A stretch of DNA of 35,848 nt from a virus (lineage: Duplodnaviria > Caudoviricetes): IMG/VR virus record IMGVR_UViG_3300046832_000060, positions 1 to 35,848 of that record; one strand, written 5' to 3'. A program made the translations under genes and the position numbers. This document shows positions 7,211 to 16,603 of the stretch, one piece after another (the first letter of the stretch is position 1; every line of letters begins with the position of its first letter). The notes beneath the pieces are model-generated. The model made no database searches and was not told where the DNA came from. It saw only the letters and a list, made by a program, of their open reading frames with translations.

Positions 7211-7688
7211 TTACCCAGCAATCTTTGAACATATGCCACATGTTAAAGGTGGCTATTATTTGCCATACATGTCATATCATTTAGATGAATTAGACTGCAT
7301 GGAAATGAAAACTCAAAAAACTATTAAGCCACATGAGTTTAAAAACATGATAAATCATCAAGCAAAATGTGGCCCAACCATTACTGCATTCATTTATGGC
7401 AAGCCAGTCGCTATATTTGGGGCTACTATCATGTGGCATGGTGTTGCAGAATTTTGGTCTTTACTCTCAGAGCAATCTAGGAGATATCCAATAGCTATGA
7501 CAAAAGCGGGATTAACATTTATTGATATCGTTGAGATATTATTTCACTTGCACAGAGTGCAAATAACTGTTAAAACCTCAGATACTCGTGCTATGTCCTG
7601 GGCTAAAGCGTTAAATTTTGTGCCAGAATGCAATATGCTACGTTATAGCGCAGATAAAGATGATTATACATTAATGAGGAGAAAGTAA
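7197..7688 (+). CDS. GNAT-fold protein, T7 gp13-like
   Basis: GKPVAIFG...GVAEFWSL...LHRVQITV...AMSWAKALNFVPE matches the acetyltransferase-fold pattern. Confidence 0.6.
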   Translation: MFSTDYPAIFEHMPHVKGGYYLPYMSYHLDELDCMEMKTQKTIKPHEFKNMINHQAKCGPTITAFIYGKPVAIFGATIMWHGVAEFWSLLSEQSRRYPIAMTKAGLTFIDIVEILFHLHRVQITVKTSDTRAMSWAKALNFVPECNMLRYSADKDDYTLMRRK

Positions 7689-7930
7689 TGGGCGGATTGT
7701 TCGGAGGAAAGCCAGATACATCAGCAGCTGAACGACAAATTGCAATACAGCAAGAAGAAACAAATCGATTAAGAGCGCAAGCAGAGCAAGATAAAGTAAA
7801 ACTTGCAGAAGATTTAGCAGCAAAACGTATAGCTCGCCAACGTGGAGGAGCAAGAGCATTATTAGCAGAAGAACGTCTTAACCCAGAAACTGGTGTAGAG
7901 ACTTTAGGTTCTTCAGGAATGGTAGGTTAA
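7688..7930 (+). CDS. Small putative virion protein
   Basis: MGGLFGG start and helical body; position before the portal as for small podovirus virion proteins. Confidence 0.65.
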   Translation: MGGLFGGKPDTSAAERQIAIQQEETNRLRAQAEQDKVKLAEDLAAKRIARQRGGARALLAEERLNPETGVETLGSSGMVG

Positions 7931-7932
7931 TC

Positions 7933-8130
7933 ATGGGCGGAGGATCAAGACCATCAGCACCACCACCACCACCACCAGAGCCACCAAAGCCAGTTGATGT
8001 AGCGCCAGCTCGTACAGAAGCTGAAAAGGCTGCATCATTTAAAAAAGCTAGACGTGGTAGATCAGCTGGACTTATGTCGGCTACAACATCAGAGACATTA
8101 GGAACAGATACAACTTTAGGAGCATCATAA
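7933..8130 (+). CDS. Small Pro-rich putative virion protein
   Basis: MGGG start, poly-Pro, RRGR...TLG ending. Confidence 0.65.
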   Translation: MGGGSRPSAPPPPPPEPPKPVDVAPARTEAEKAASFKKARRGRSAGLMSATTSETLGTDTTLGAS

Positions 8131-8288
8131 TGAAAAAAGATAAGATGCAAGCTAAAGTTCGTAAAGTCATGCGTGAATACAAAGAAGGTAGTTTGCATTC
8201 AGGCAAAGGTGGCCCAGTTGTTAAATCACAAAAACAAGCTGTAGCTATTGCAATGAGTGAAGCTGGCAAAACTAAAAAAGGATATTAA
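8130..8288 (+). CDS. DUF6496-like small basic protein, 52 aa
   Basis: Translated by hand: KVRKVMREYKEGSLHSGKGGPVVKSQKQAVAIAMSEAG. Not in the track. Confidence 0.8.
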   Translation: MKKDKMQAKVRKVMREYKEGSLHSGKGGPVVKSQKQAVAIAMSEAGKTKKGY

Positions 8289-8289
8289 T

Positions 8290-8445
8290 ATGAAAGCTGG
8301 ACTTTATGCCAATATTCACGAAAAACGTGAACGTATTGCAGCTGGATCTAAAGAAAAGATGCGTAAACCTGGATCTCCTGGCGCGCCTACAGATGCTGCA
8401 TTTATTAAAGCTGCTAAAACAGCAATGAAACCTAAGAAGAAATAA
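8290..8445 (+). CDS. Small basic phage protein (GLYANIH...)
   Basis: ATG at 8290 after an AAGGA RBS; familiar phage motif. Confidence 0.75.
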   Translation: MKAGLYANIHEKRERIAAGSKEKMRKPGSPGAPTDAAFIKAAKTAMKPKKK

Positions 8446-9029
8446 TGGCAATTAATATATTGCGTGAGTCAGACACGACTAAATCACGTCATGTTAATCC
8501 AGCTTATGTAGATAAAGATGGCGCAAGTTATATTGCTAGCTCTGATAGACCATTTCCTATTGTAGACATTAATCACTTACGTTTACATGAAGGTAAAGCT
8601 TTTAAAGCATATAGAATATACCCAGAAGCAACAAAACTAGCAGCTGGAGCAAGCTGTAATATAGCAGTTGCATGGGCTAGTGGCGTTTATGCACATCTAT
8701 TAGTGGATGCAAGTTGCAGTGGTGATGCTGAACTTTATGTTTATGAAGGAGCAACTGTAACTGGTGGCACGTCGTTTACAGCAATTAAAAGAAATAGAAC
8801 AAGTGCTACAACAAGTCAATCAGCAATATTAATTAATCCAACTGTAACAGTAACTGGCACTGAGATTGATGCGCAAATTATTGCTGGTGGAACTGGTAAA
8901 AAGTCTGGCGGTGGTGGATCTAACGTTTTAGAAATGGTATTAAATCCATTAACAACATATTTATTTAGATTAACCAATGTAAATGGCACTGACCACATGG
9001 CTGAATTATTGTTAGAGTGGTACGAATAA
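8445..9029 (+). CDS. Hypothetical beta-rich, possibly structural protein
   Basis: TAATG-coupled ORF; Thr/Gly/Ala-rich. Confidence 0.7.
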   Translation: MAINILRESDTTKSRHVNPAYVDKDGASYIASSDRPFPIVDINHLRLHEGKAFKAYRIYPEATKLAAGASCNIAVAWASGVYAHLLVDASCSGDAELYVYEGATVTGGTSFTAIKRNRTSATTSQSAILINPTVTVTGTEIDAQIIAGGTGKKSGGGGSNVLEMVLNPLTTYLFRLTNVNGTDHMAELLLEWYE

Positions 9030-9301
9030 TGCCTTTAAAAAAATATCAAAATCCTAAGGGTGGTTTAAATGAAGCTGGCAGAAAACACTTTGAAAGTAAA
9101 GAAGGTGGTAACTTACAAGCTCCAGTCAAGAGTGGTACAAACCCTAGGCGCGTGTCTTTTGCTGCTCGTTTTGGTGGAATGGATGGTCCATTAGTAGATG
9201 ATAAGGGTAGGCCTACTCGATTAAAGTTAGCTTTAAAAGCTTGGGGATTTGGTAGTAAAGAAGCAGCAAGAAACTTTGCAAATAAAAATAAGAAATCATA
9301 G
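9029..9301 (+). CDS. DUF6321-like basic protein
   Basis: NPKGGLNEAGR...NPRRVSFAARF...PTRLKLALKAW; TAATG coupling fixes the start at 9029. Confidence 0.75.
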   Translation: MPLKKYQNPKGGLNEAGRKHFESKEGGNLQAPVKSGTNPRRVSFAARFGGMDGPLVDDKGRPTRLKLALKAWGFGSKEAARNFANKNKKS

Positions 9302-9309
9302 GGATTAAT

Positions 9310-10890
9310 ATGGCAGAAATGATGAGACTATCCGCAGAGGATGTTTTAAAACGACACGATAAAGCTCTTACTAAGAAAGAGGACTTTAGAAGTCTATACG
9401 AAGAATGTTATGAGTTTGCGTTACCACAACGTAATCTTTATGACGGATACTACGAAGGTAAAGTAGGCGGTCAAAAGAAAATGAATCGTGTATTCGATTC
9501 TACAGCCATTAACTCTACACAGCGATTTGCTAATCGTATGCAATCTGGCATATTCCCACCACAACGTAAATGGTGTAGGCTTGAACCAGGACCAGATATT
9601 CCTGAAGATCGCAAAGAAGAAGCACAAGCAGCATTAGATATTTACTCAGATAAACTATTTGCATCACTCAAGCAATCAAACTTTGATATTGCTATTGGTG
9701 AGTTCTTACTTGATCTATCTGTAGGTACTGCTGTAATGATGGTACAACCAGGTGATGACATTAATCCACTTAATTTTATTCCTGTACCACAATTCTTAGT
9801 ATCATTTGAAGAAGGTGCTAATGGTCAAGTAGACAATGTATATAGACGTATGCGTCTTAAAGGCGAGTCTATTATGCGTCAATGGCCAGATGCAATTATT
9901 CCAGATGACTTACAAAAGAAAATTGACCAAAAACCAACAGACGATTTAGAGTTTATTGAAGCTACTATACTAGATCAAAAGCGTGGTGATTTCTGTTATC
10001 ACGTTATTCATAAAGAATCTAAAACAGAGTTAGTTTATAGACGTATGGTAGAAAGCCCATGGATTGTATCACGCTATGCAAAAGTAGCTGGTGAGATTTA
10101 TGGTCGTGGTCCATTGATTACTGCATTGCCAGACATCAAGACGCTCAATAAAACATTAGAACTATTACTTAAAAATGCATCATTAGCTATTGCTGGTGTA
10201 TATACCGCAGCAGATGATGGCGTATTAAATCCTAACACAGTGAAGATTATACCTGGTGCTATTATTCCTGTTGCAAGAAATGGCGGTCCACAAGGTGAAT
10301 CATTGAAACCATTGCCAAGAGCTGGTGACTTTAATGTATCTCAAATCATTATGAATGATTTACGCATGAGCATTAAGCGTATTTTATTAGATGAGTCTTT
10401 ACCACCAGACAACATGTCAGCACGTTCAGCTACGGAAGTGGTAGAGCGAATGAAAGAGTTATCACAAAATCTAGGATCAGCTTTTGGCAGACTGATTAAT
10501 GAAACTATGATACCATTAGTTACTAAGATTTTAAGAGTAATGGATGAGCGTGGTCTTATTGATCTACCTCTTAAAGTCAATGGTCTTGAAATTAAAGTGT
10601 CAGCAGTTGCACCATTAGCTATGGCTCAAAGCATGGAAGATGTACAGAACGTATTGCAGTTTGCACAGATCGTTCAAGGTGCTGGACCACAAGCTCAGAT
10701 GACATTGAAAACAGATGCTATGATGGACTTCATTGCTGAGAAGTTAGGTATCCCACAAAAGATACGTAATACTCAAGAAGAACGTATGATGATGACTCAA
10801 CAAATGGCTGAAGCTGCACAACAAGTAGCTCAACAAAATCCAGAAGCAGTACCTGGTATGGTAGAAGCTGCAACTAAGGGGATGATGTAA
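9310..10890 (+). CDS. Portal (head-tail connector), T7 gp8/BPP-1-like
   Basis: FDSTA, GEIYGRGP, ALPDIKTLN and SATEV..R motifs; 526 aa. Confidence 0.93.
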   Translation: MAEMMRLSAEDVLKRHDKALTKKEDFRSLYEECYEFALPQRNLYDGYYEGKVGGQKKMNRVFDSTAINSTQRFANRMQSGIFPPQRKWCRLEPGPDIPEDRKEEAQAALDIYSDKLFASLKQSNFDIAIGEFLLDLSVGTAVMMVQPGDDINPLNFIPVPQFLVSFEEGANGQVDNVYRRMRLKGESIMRQWPDAIIPDDLQKKIDQKPTDDLEFIEATILDQKRGDFCYHVIHKESKTELVYRRMVESPWIVSRYAKVAGEIYGRGPLITALPDIKTLNKTLELLLKNASLAIAGVYTAADDGVLNPNTVKIIPGAIIPVARNGGPQGESLKPLPRAGDFNVSQIIMNDLRMSIKRILLDESLPPDNMSARSATEVVERMKELSQNLGSAFGRLINETMIPLVTKILRVMDERGLIDLPLKVNGLEIKVSAVAPLAMAQSMEDVQNVLQFAQIVQGAGPQAQMTLKTDAMMDFIAEKLGIPQKIRNTQEERMMMTQQMAEAAQQVAQQNPEAVPGMVEAATKGMM

Positions 10891-11153
10891 TGGCTGGATG
10901 GGAAGATTTAGATCAAGCACTTCCGTTAGATGTAAGAGATGTAGCACAAGCAAGAGAAGATTTAGATAGATTAGCATTAAGAGTTTTTGGTAGTGATGAC
11001 GGACAAAAGTTATTAGCATGGTTACGTCAAACAGTTTTAGAGCAACCAGTTGCTTTGCCTGGTAGCGACTCAAGTTATGCGTACTATCGTGAAGGTCAAA
11101 ATAGTATTGTGAGAGATATTGAAGCAAAGTTAATTAGAGCAAGGAAAATGTAA
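10890..11153 (+). CDS. Bbp19-like protein
   Basis: VFGSDDGQKLLAWL...YREGQNSIV immediately after the portal. Confidence 0.7.
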   Translation: MAGWEDLDQALPLDVRDVAQAREDLDRLALRVFGSDDGQKLLAWLRQTVLEQPVALPGSDSSYAYYREGQNSIVRDIEAKLIRARKM

Positions 11154-11944
11154 TGATAGACGACAACATCGAGCCTAGTGATAATGAGGAAGTATCTCAA
11201 GAAACTGGCCTACTCGACAGTGCATCAGTTGAAACAGAAGCAATAGAATCAAATCCACAAAAAACAGAAATATCACATCTTGAAGCATCAGATGAAGATG
11301 ATGATAGTCCTTTAGAACGACCCGATTGGTGGCCAGAGAATTTCTGGAAAAAAGATGAAGCAGAGCCAGACTTACAGGCTATGGCTAAATCTTGGGGCGA
11401 TTTAAGAAAACAAATCTCACAAGGCAAACATAAGGCGCCAGCAGATGGTAACTATGATGTAGCCGCATTTAAAGATATTCCAGCAGAAGATCCCGTACGA
11501 AATCACGTACTATCTTGGGCTAAAGAATATGGTGTAAGCCAAGCAGCTTTAGATACTTTAGTGGGTAAAGTTGTTGAGATGGGATTTGAAGCACAGCAAA
11601 CTAGCTCTGTTAATTTAGCAGAAGAAAAGAAAGCACTAGGTCCTAATGCCGATGCCCGTATTAATGGCATGGTTAAGTGGGCTAGTGGTTTAGTTAATAA
11701 GGGTATTTGGGGTAAAGATGACTTTGAGGAGTTTAAATACATGGGTGGTACTGCAAAAGGTATCGCTGCATTAGAGAAACTTCGTGGTGCTTATGAAGGT
11801 CGTGTACCTACAGATAGCGTTCCAGTTCAAGGTGCTGTATCCAAAGAAGAACTCTATGCTATGGTCGGAGATCCTAAGTATCAAACAGATCCTGGCTTTA
11901 GAAAGAAAGTAGAAAGAATGTTTGAATCTAATTTTGGTTCATAG
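11153..11944 (+). CDS. Capsid scaffolding/assembly protein
   Basis: Acidic; ERPDWWPENFW and DPKY..DP.FRKKV motifs; between portal and capsid. Confidence 0.75.
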   Translation: MIDDNIEPSDNEEVSQETGLLDSASVETEAIESNPQKTEISHLEASDEDDDSPLERPDWWPENFWKKDEAEPDLQAMAKSWGDLRKQISQGKHKAPADGNYDVAAFKDIPAEDPVRNHVLSWAKEYGVSQAALDTLVGKVVEMGFEAQQTSSVNLAEEKKALGPNADARINGMVKWASGLVNKGIWGKDDFEEFKYMGGTAKGIAALEKLRGAYEGRVPTDSVPVQGAVSKEELYAMVGDPKYQTDPGFRKKVERMFESNFGS

Positions 11945-11966
11945 TAAGACTCCGTAGTTCGCGTTT

Positions 11967-11991
11967 GACCCACTTCGGTGGGTCTTTTTTT
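11967..11991 (+). terminator. Rho-independent terminator
   Basis: GACCCAC-TTCG-GTGGGTC followed by T7. Confidence 0.9.
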
Positions 11992-12009
11992 GCCTAAAAC
12001 GCAAAATAC

Positions 12010-12038
12010 TTGCACAAATTTGTAAAATATGCTAAAAA
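12010..12038 (+). promoter_or_regulatory. Putative capsid-operon promoter
   Basis: TTGCAC-N17-TAAAAA with a TGn extension, just after the terminator. Confidence 0.5.
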
Positions 12039-12044
12039 CCATAC

Positions 12045-12146
12045 AAGGCTAATTGCATTCGCAACCCTTCACACAAGTCGTCTTGTCGTTTGGCTATCGT
12101 AAATAGCAAGCACTGGCCCAGGTTTTGTCTGGCTAACCAAAGCGAT
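12045..12146 (+). promoter_or_regulatory. Structured 5' leader of the capsid mRNA
   Basis: Several short hairpins plus a closing helix TCGTTTGG/CCAAAGCGA. Confidence 0.45.
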
Positions 12147-12180
12147 AAACTTTATTTTTATCAATTCTAGGAGAATTAAC

Positions 12181-13026
12181 ATGGCTATTGGATTATCTAA
12201 TGCTTTTGTAACGCTCTTTGATGCCGAAGTTAAACAGGCTTACCAAGGTAAGGCTAAATTAGTTGGTGCAGTTCGCCAAAGACGCGGTGTTGAAGGCTCA
12301 GTAGTAAAATTTCCTAAAGTAGGCAGAGGCGTTGCTACTTTAAGAATCCCACAAACAGATGTATCACCATTGAATGCTGGCTGGAGTCAAGTAACTGCTA
12401 CTTTAGCAGACTGGAATGCAGCAGAATATTCTGACATCTTTATGCAACAAAAAGTAAACTTTGACGAAAGACAAGAGTTAGTACAATTAGTATCTAACGC
12501 TATCGGTCGTAGACAAGATCAAATGATTATTGATGCGCTTGTAAACTCATCAACATCATTAACAGTGTCTAACGATATCGGTGGTTCAGACACTAACCTA
12601 AGCGTAGCAAAACTACGTGAAGCTAAACGTCTATTAGACAAAAACAACGTACCACCAGAAGGTCGTCACATTGTTCTTCATGGTAACAGCTTGGCTTCAT
12701 TACTTTCAGAAACAGCAGTAACTTCTTCTGACTTTAATACAGTTAAAGCTCTCGTAGCTGGTGAATTAAATACTTTCTTAGGCTTTACATTCCATTTATT
12801 GGGTGATCGCTCAGAAGGTGGTTTACCAATTGATGGTTCTTTAGATCGTAAAGTTTTTGCTTTCCATAAAGACGCTGTTGGTTACGCAGAAGGTATCGCT
12901 CCTCGCACAGAAATCAATTACATTCCAGAAAAAACTTCATTCCTTGTGAATGCTGTATTCTCTGCGACTGCAACTGCTATCGATGCTGAGGGTATTGTTC
13001 AACTCACATGCCGCGAATCAGCATAA
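12181..13026 (+). CDS. Major capsid protein
   Basis: AGGAG RBS; FVTLFDAEVKQAYQ, AIGRRQDQMII and FLGFTF motifs; position. Confidence 0.9.
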   Translation: MAIGLSNAFVTLFDAEVKQAYQGKAKLVGAVRQRRGVEGSVVKFPKVGRGVATLRIPQTDVSPLNAGWSQVTATLADWNAAEYSDIFMQQKVNFDERQELVQLVSNAIGRRQDQMIIDALVNSSTSLTVSNDIGGSDTNLSVAKLREAKRLLDKNNVPPEGRHIVLHGNSLASLLSETAVTSSDFNTVKALVAGELNTFLGFTFHLLGDRSEGGLPIDGSLDRKVFAFHKDAVGYAEGIAPRTEINYIPEKTSFLVNAVFSATATAIDAEGIVQLTCRESA

Positions 13027-13043
13027 TTTAAGGAGATTAAAAC

Positions 13044-13319
13044 ATGGCTTATTCATCAACTGGTTTAAACTCTGCTGGCGGTCAATCAAAAGCTGGTAAT
13101 GCTCCACAAATTTGGACATATACTAGTGCTGATGCAATCGCTACAGTAAACACAGCTGCTTACTTTAATGATGCTTCTTCACTTTTAAAAGTGGGCGACA
13201 TCATTTTTGTTTACGATTCAGCAACTCCTACAATGAGCATTGTATTTGTATTATCAAATGCATCTGGCGTTGTAGACGTATCTGATGGTTTAACAGTAAC
13301 AGCAACAGATACAGATTAA
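13044..13319 (+). CDS. Putative capsid decoration/minor head protein
   Basis: Strong AAGGAG RBS; directly after the capsid gene and before a hairpin. Confidence 0.65.
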   Translation: MAYSSTGLNSAGGQSKAGNAPQIWTYTSADAIATVNTAAYFNDASSLLKVGDIIFVYDSATPTMSIVFVLSNASGVVDVSDGLTVTATDTD

Positions 13320-13348
13320 TAAACTGTATTGTAGTAAGTAACTTAGGT

Positions 13349-13379
13349 AGGGCGGGTGTTTTGCACTCGCCTTATTCTT
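13349..13379 (+). terminator. Probable leaky terminator after the head genes
   Basis: GGGCGGGTGT-TTT-GCACTCGCCT stem with G-U pairs, then TATTCTT. Confidence 0.55.
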
Positions 13380-13396
13380 ACATTTGGAGATAGAGT

Positions 13397-14011
13397 ATGG
13401 CAGCTGGAGATTCAGCATTATCAGTTTGTTCTGATTCACTATTAATGTTAGGTGCTAAACCTATTGCGTCTTTTACCGAAGGCACAGATGAAGCGTCTAT
13501 ATGCGATAGACTATATCCAGATATTAGAGACCAAGCATTATCAACATATCCATGGTCTTTTTCATTTAAGAAAGTTCAATGTGCTAGACTGGTCACTACA
13601 CCAGTTACCGAATACAAATACGAATATCAACTACCTTCTGATCGCATAAACTCACCAAGAGCAGTCTATGATGCTAATGAAGTAGGATCTCCTGTACGCA
13701 ATGCATACAGAATCATGGGAGATAAAGTGCTAACAGATTATGAAGAAGTATGGGTAGATTATCAATACTCAGTACCAGAATCATCAATGCCAACATATTT
13801 TGTTCAACTGCTTAAATATATACTTGCATGGCATTTATCTGTGCCTATTACAGATCAAACAGAAAAGGCTGGATATTGGCAAACTGTTGCTGTAGGTACA
13901 CCAGGAGAAAATGGTCGTGGTGGCTACATGAGACAAGCTATGAATATTGATGGCCAAGGACAACCAGTAAACGCAATACAAGACTTCTCATTGATTAATG
14001 TGAGATACTAA
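13397..14011 (+). CDS. Tail tubular protein A (adaptor)
   Basis: SLLMLGAKPI...YPWSF...YQLPSD motifs, T7 gp11-like. Confidence 0.85.
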   Translation: MAAGDSALSVCSDSLLMLGAKPIASFTEGTDEASICDRLYPDIRDQALSTYPWSFSFKKVQCARLVTTPVTEYKYEYQLPSDRINSPRAVYDANEVGSPVRNAYRIMGDKVLTDYEEVWVDYQYSVPESSMPTYFVQLLKYILAWHLSVPITDQTEKAGYWQTVAVGTPGENGRGGYMRQAMNIDGQGQPVNAIQDFSLINVRY

Positions 14012-16011
14012 TGGCTCGTTTTGTAACCATTCAAACTAACTTTACTGCGGGTGAAATAGATCCACTATTACGCTCACGTATAGATATTAAATCATATGAG
14101 AATGGTTTAGAGACTGCTCAGAATGTATTATGCCAACCACAAGGTGGCATTACTAGACGCAGTGGTTTACGTTATATCAATGCATTGCCAAATTCAGGCA
14201 CAGAATCTGCTGCCAATGGTGTGCGATTAGTAGCCTTTGAGTTCTCAACATCAGATAGTTATATGCTTGCATTTACACATAATCGTATGCATGTATATAA
14301 GAATGGCGCATTAATTACAAACATCAATGGATCTGGCAATAGTTATCTTGATACATCAGGCGTATCATTATCATCAGCTAGATTAGCTAATATGTGCTGG
14401 ACACAATCTGCTGACACACTTATTGTTGTACATGAAGATTTAGCGCCAATAAAAATTGTACGTGGTGGCACAGACGCTACATGGACTGCATCTGCTATTT
14501 CATTTGACAGTATTCCTAAATATGCATTTACATTAAGCGTATCTAATCCAGCTGGTACATTAACGCCATCAGCTGTATCAGGTAAAGTGACACTTACTGC
14601 ATCATCATCTGTATTCTCTGCTGGCTCTGTAGGACAATATATTAATGTTATTCCACAAGGCAGAGCTAAGATTGTCCAATATACAAGCGGTACAGTAGTC
14701 AATGCTATTACTGAATTTCCATTCTTTAATACATCAGCTATTGCTAATGGTAATTGGGAATTAGAATCTGGCTACGAAAATGTATGGTCAGCTGGAAAAG
14801 GATGGCCTAGAACAGTAACATTCCACCAAGGTCGTTTATACTTTGGCGGATCTAAATCAAGACCATCTACAGTATGGGGATCTAAAGTTGGTATCTTCTT
14901 TGACTTTGAAGGCACAGAAGGTTTAGATGACGATTCAGTAGAAGCTACATTAGATACTAATACATTCAATGCGATTACAGATATTATCTCTGGTCGTGAT
15001 TTAATGATCTTTACAACGGGTGGTGAGTTCTATGTACCACAACAAGGTTTAGAGCCAATCACACCTACATCATTCTTTGTGTCTACTACGGGTCGTGCTG
15101 GTAGTAAACAAGGTATTCGAGTGCAACAACTAGAATCAGGCGTGTTATTTATACAACGTCAAGGTAAGATCCTAAGTGAAATTGCATACTCTGATACACA
15201 ATTAACTTATCTTACATCCAAAATATCTCTATTATCAGGACATCTATTAAAGAATCCTACACGTATGGCATTAAGACGTGCTGTGGATACAGATGAGAAT
15301 GATCTATTATTAATTACTAATTCTACAGATGGAAGTATTGCAGCATATTCAATTATGCGATCACAGAATGTTATAGCCCCATCAGAGTTTGTAACTGCGG
15401 GTGGTGAGTTTTTAGATGTTGGCGTAGACATTACTACTATTTATGTTGTAGTTAAACGTACCATTAGTGGTACTGCTCAATACTATGTAGAACGATTTGA
15501 CCCTACATTATTAACTGATAGTGCTAAAACAGGTGGTGTAGCATCAACAGTGTCTATGTCTCATGTAGTAGGCAAAGAAGTTAATGTATTATTAGATGGC
15601 ATTGTACAAGCCAACCAGACAGTTCCTGGAGGTGGTACAGTAACATTTCCTAGGGCATCTGCATCATCTTATGAAGTAGGATTGCCTATTGTTGTACAAG
15701 CAACAACTATGCCAATTGACTTAAAGATACAGTCTGGCACACGATTAGGCTTTAAAAAGCGTATTGTTGAAGTTAATGCATTAGTCTATGAAACACAAAA
15801 TATGGTCATTAATGGCATAGAAGTACCATTTAGATCATTTGACACAGCATCAACATTAGATGCTGATGTACCAGATTATACAGGAACTAAAGTATTACAT
15901 GGCATTTTAGGGTATAGTAATGAAGCAAAGATTACAATTACTCAAAACGCACCATTGAAATTAACATTATTAGGTTTAGAATATAAAGTAGGAGTCCATC
16001 AAGGAACATAA
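14011..16011 (+). CDS. Tail tubular protein B (nozzle)
   Basis: QTNFTAGEIDP, GGITRRSG and WPRTVTFHQGRLYFGG motifs. Confidence 0.88.
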   Translation: MARFVTIQTNFTAGEIDPLLRSRIDIKSYENGLETAQNVLCQPQGGITRRSGLRYINALPNSGTESAANGVRLVAFEFSTSDSYMLAFTHNRMHVYKNGALITNINGSGNSYLDTSGVSLSSARLANMCWTQSADTLIVVHEDLAPIKIVRGGTDATWTASAISFDSIPKYAFTLSVSNPAGTLTPSAVSGKVTLTASSSVFSAGSVGQYINVIPQGRAKIVQYTSGTVVNAITEFPFFNTSAIANGNWELESGYENVWSAGKGWPRTVTFHQGRLYFGGSKSRPSTVWGSKVGIFFDFEGTEGLDDDSVEATLDTNTFNAITDIISGRDLMIFTTGGEFYVPQQGLEPITPTSFFVSTTGRAGSKQGIRVQQLESGVLFIQRQGKILSEIAYSDTQLTYLTSKISLLSGHLLKNPTRMALRRAVDTDENDLLLITNSTDGSIAAYSIMRSQNVIAPSEFVTAGGEFLDVGVDITTIYVVVKRTISGTAQYYVERFDPTLLTDSAKTGGVASTVSMSHVVGKEVNVLLDGIVQANQTVPGGGTVTFPRASASSYEVGLPIVVQATTMPIDLKIQSGTRLGFKKRIVEVNALVYETQNMVINGIEVPFRSFDTASTLDADVPDYTGTKVLHGILGYSNEAKITITQNAPLKLTLLGLEYKVGVHQGT

Positions 16012-16013
16012 TT

Positions 16014-16601
16014 ATGTCATTTTTAGCAGCCGCACCAGCATTAGGAGTAGTAGGATCAACAGGAGCTATAGGCTCAACTTTAGCACTTAGCGCGGGTAGT
16101 GCATTTGTGCCAACAGCTATTGGAGCAAGTGCCGCCTCTTTATTTTCTCCATCTTTATTATTTTCTGCTGGATCTACATTATTCAGTGCTGCTCAAAGTA
16201 TGTCTCAAGCAAGCAGTCAAAATGCTATGTATCGTTTACAAGCTATGCAAGTACAAGCTGAGTCATCTCGTAGAGCATTGGCATATGAACAAAGAGCTAA
16301 TGAAACATTGCGTAGACTTAATGCTAATAATGCAGCAACAGTTGCTCGTGGATATGCTGGTGGTATAGTAGGATTAGAAGGATCTTCTAAACTAATAGCT
16401 GCAATTAATACTAGAGAAGCTGGCAGAGACTATCAAACAGATTTAAGCAATGCAGCTAATGCTATGCTATCTGGAAATGCTCAAGCGGATATTTATGGAA
16501 GTTCAGCAGACATAGCAACACGTGGTGGAGTATTAGATGCTGCTACCAAAATTGCAACTGGAGCATATGAAGTAAGTAAGGTATATAAAACTAAGGCGTA
16601 A
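16014..16601 (+). CDS. Internal virion/ejection protein, gp14-like
   Basis: Hydrophobic Ala/Gly-rich N-terminus; follows the nozzle gene. Confidence 0.65.
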   Translation: MSFLAAAPALGVVGSTGAIGSTLALSAGSAFVPTAIGASAASLFSPSLLFSAGSTLFSAAQSMSQASSQNAMYRLQAMQVQAESSRRALAYEQRANETLRRLNANNAATVARGYAGGIVGLEGSSKLIAAINTREAGRDYQTDLSNAANAMLSGNAQADIYGSSADIATRGGVLDAATKIATGAYEVSKVYKTKA

Positions 16602-16603
16602 TT

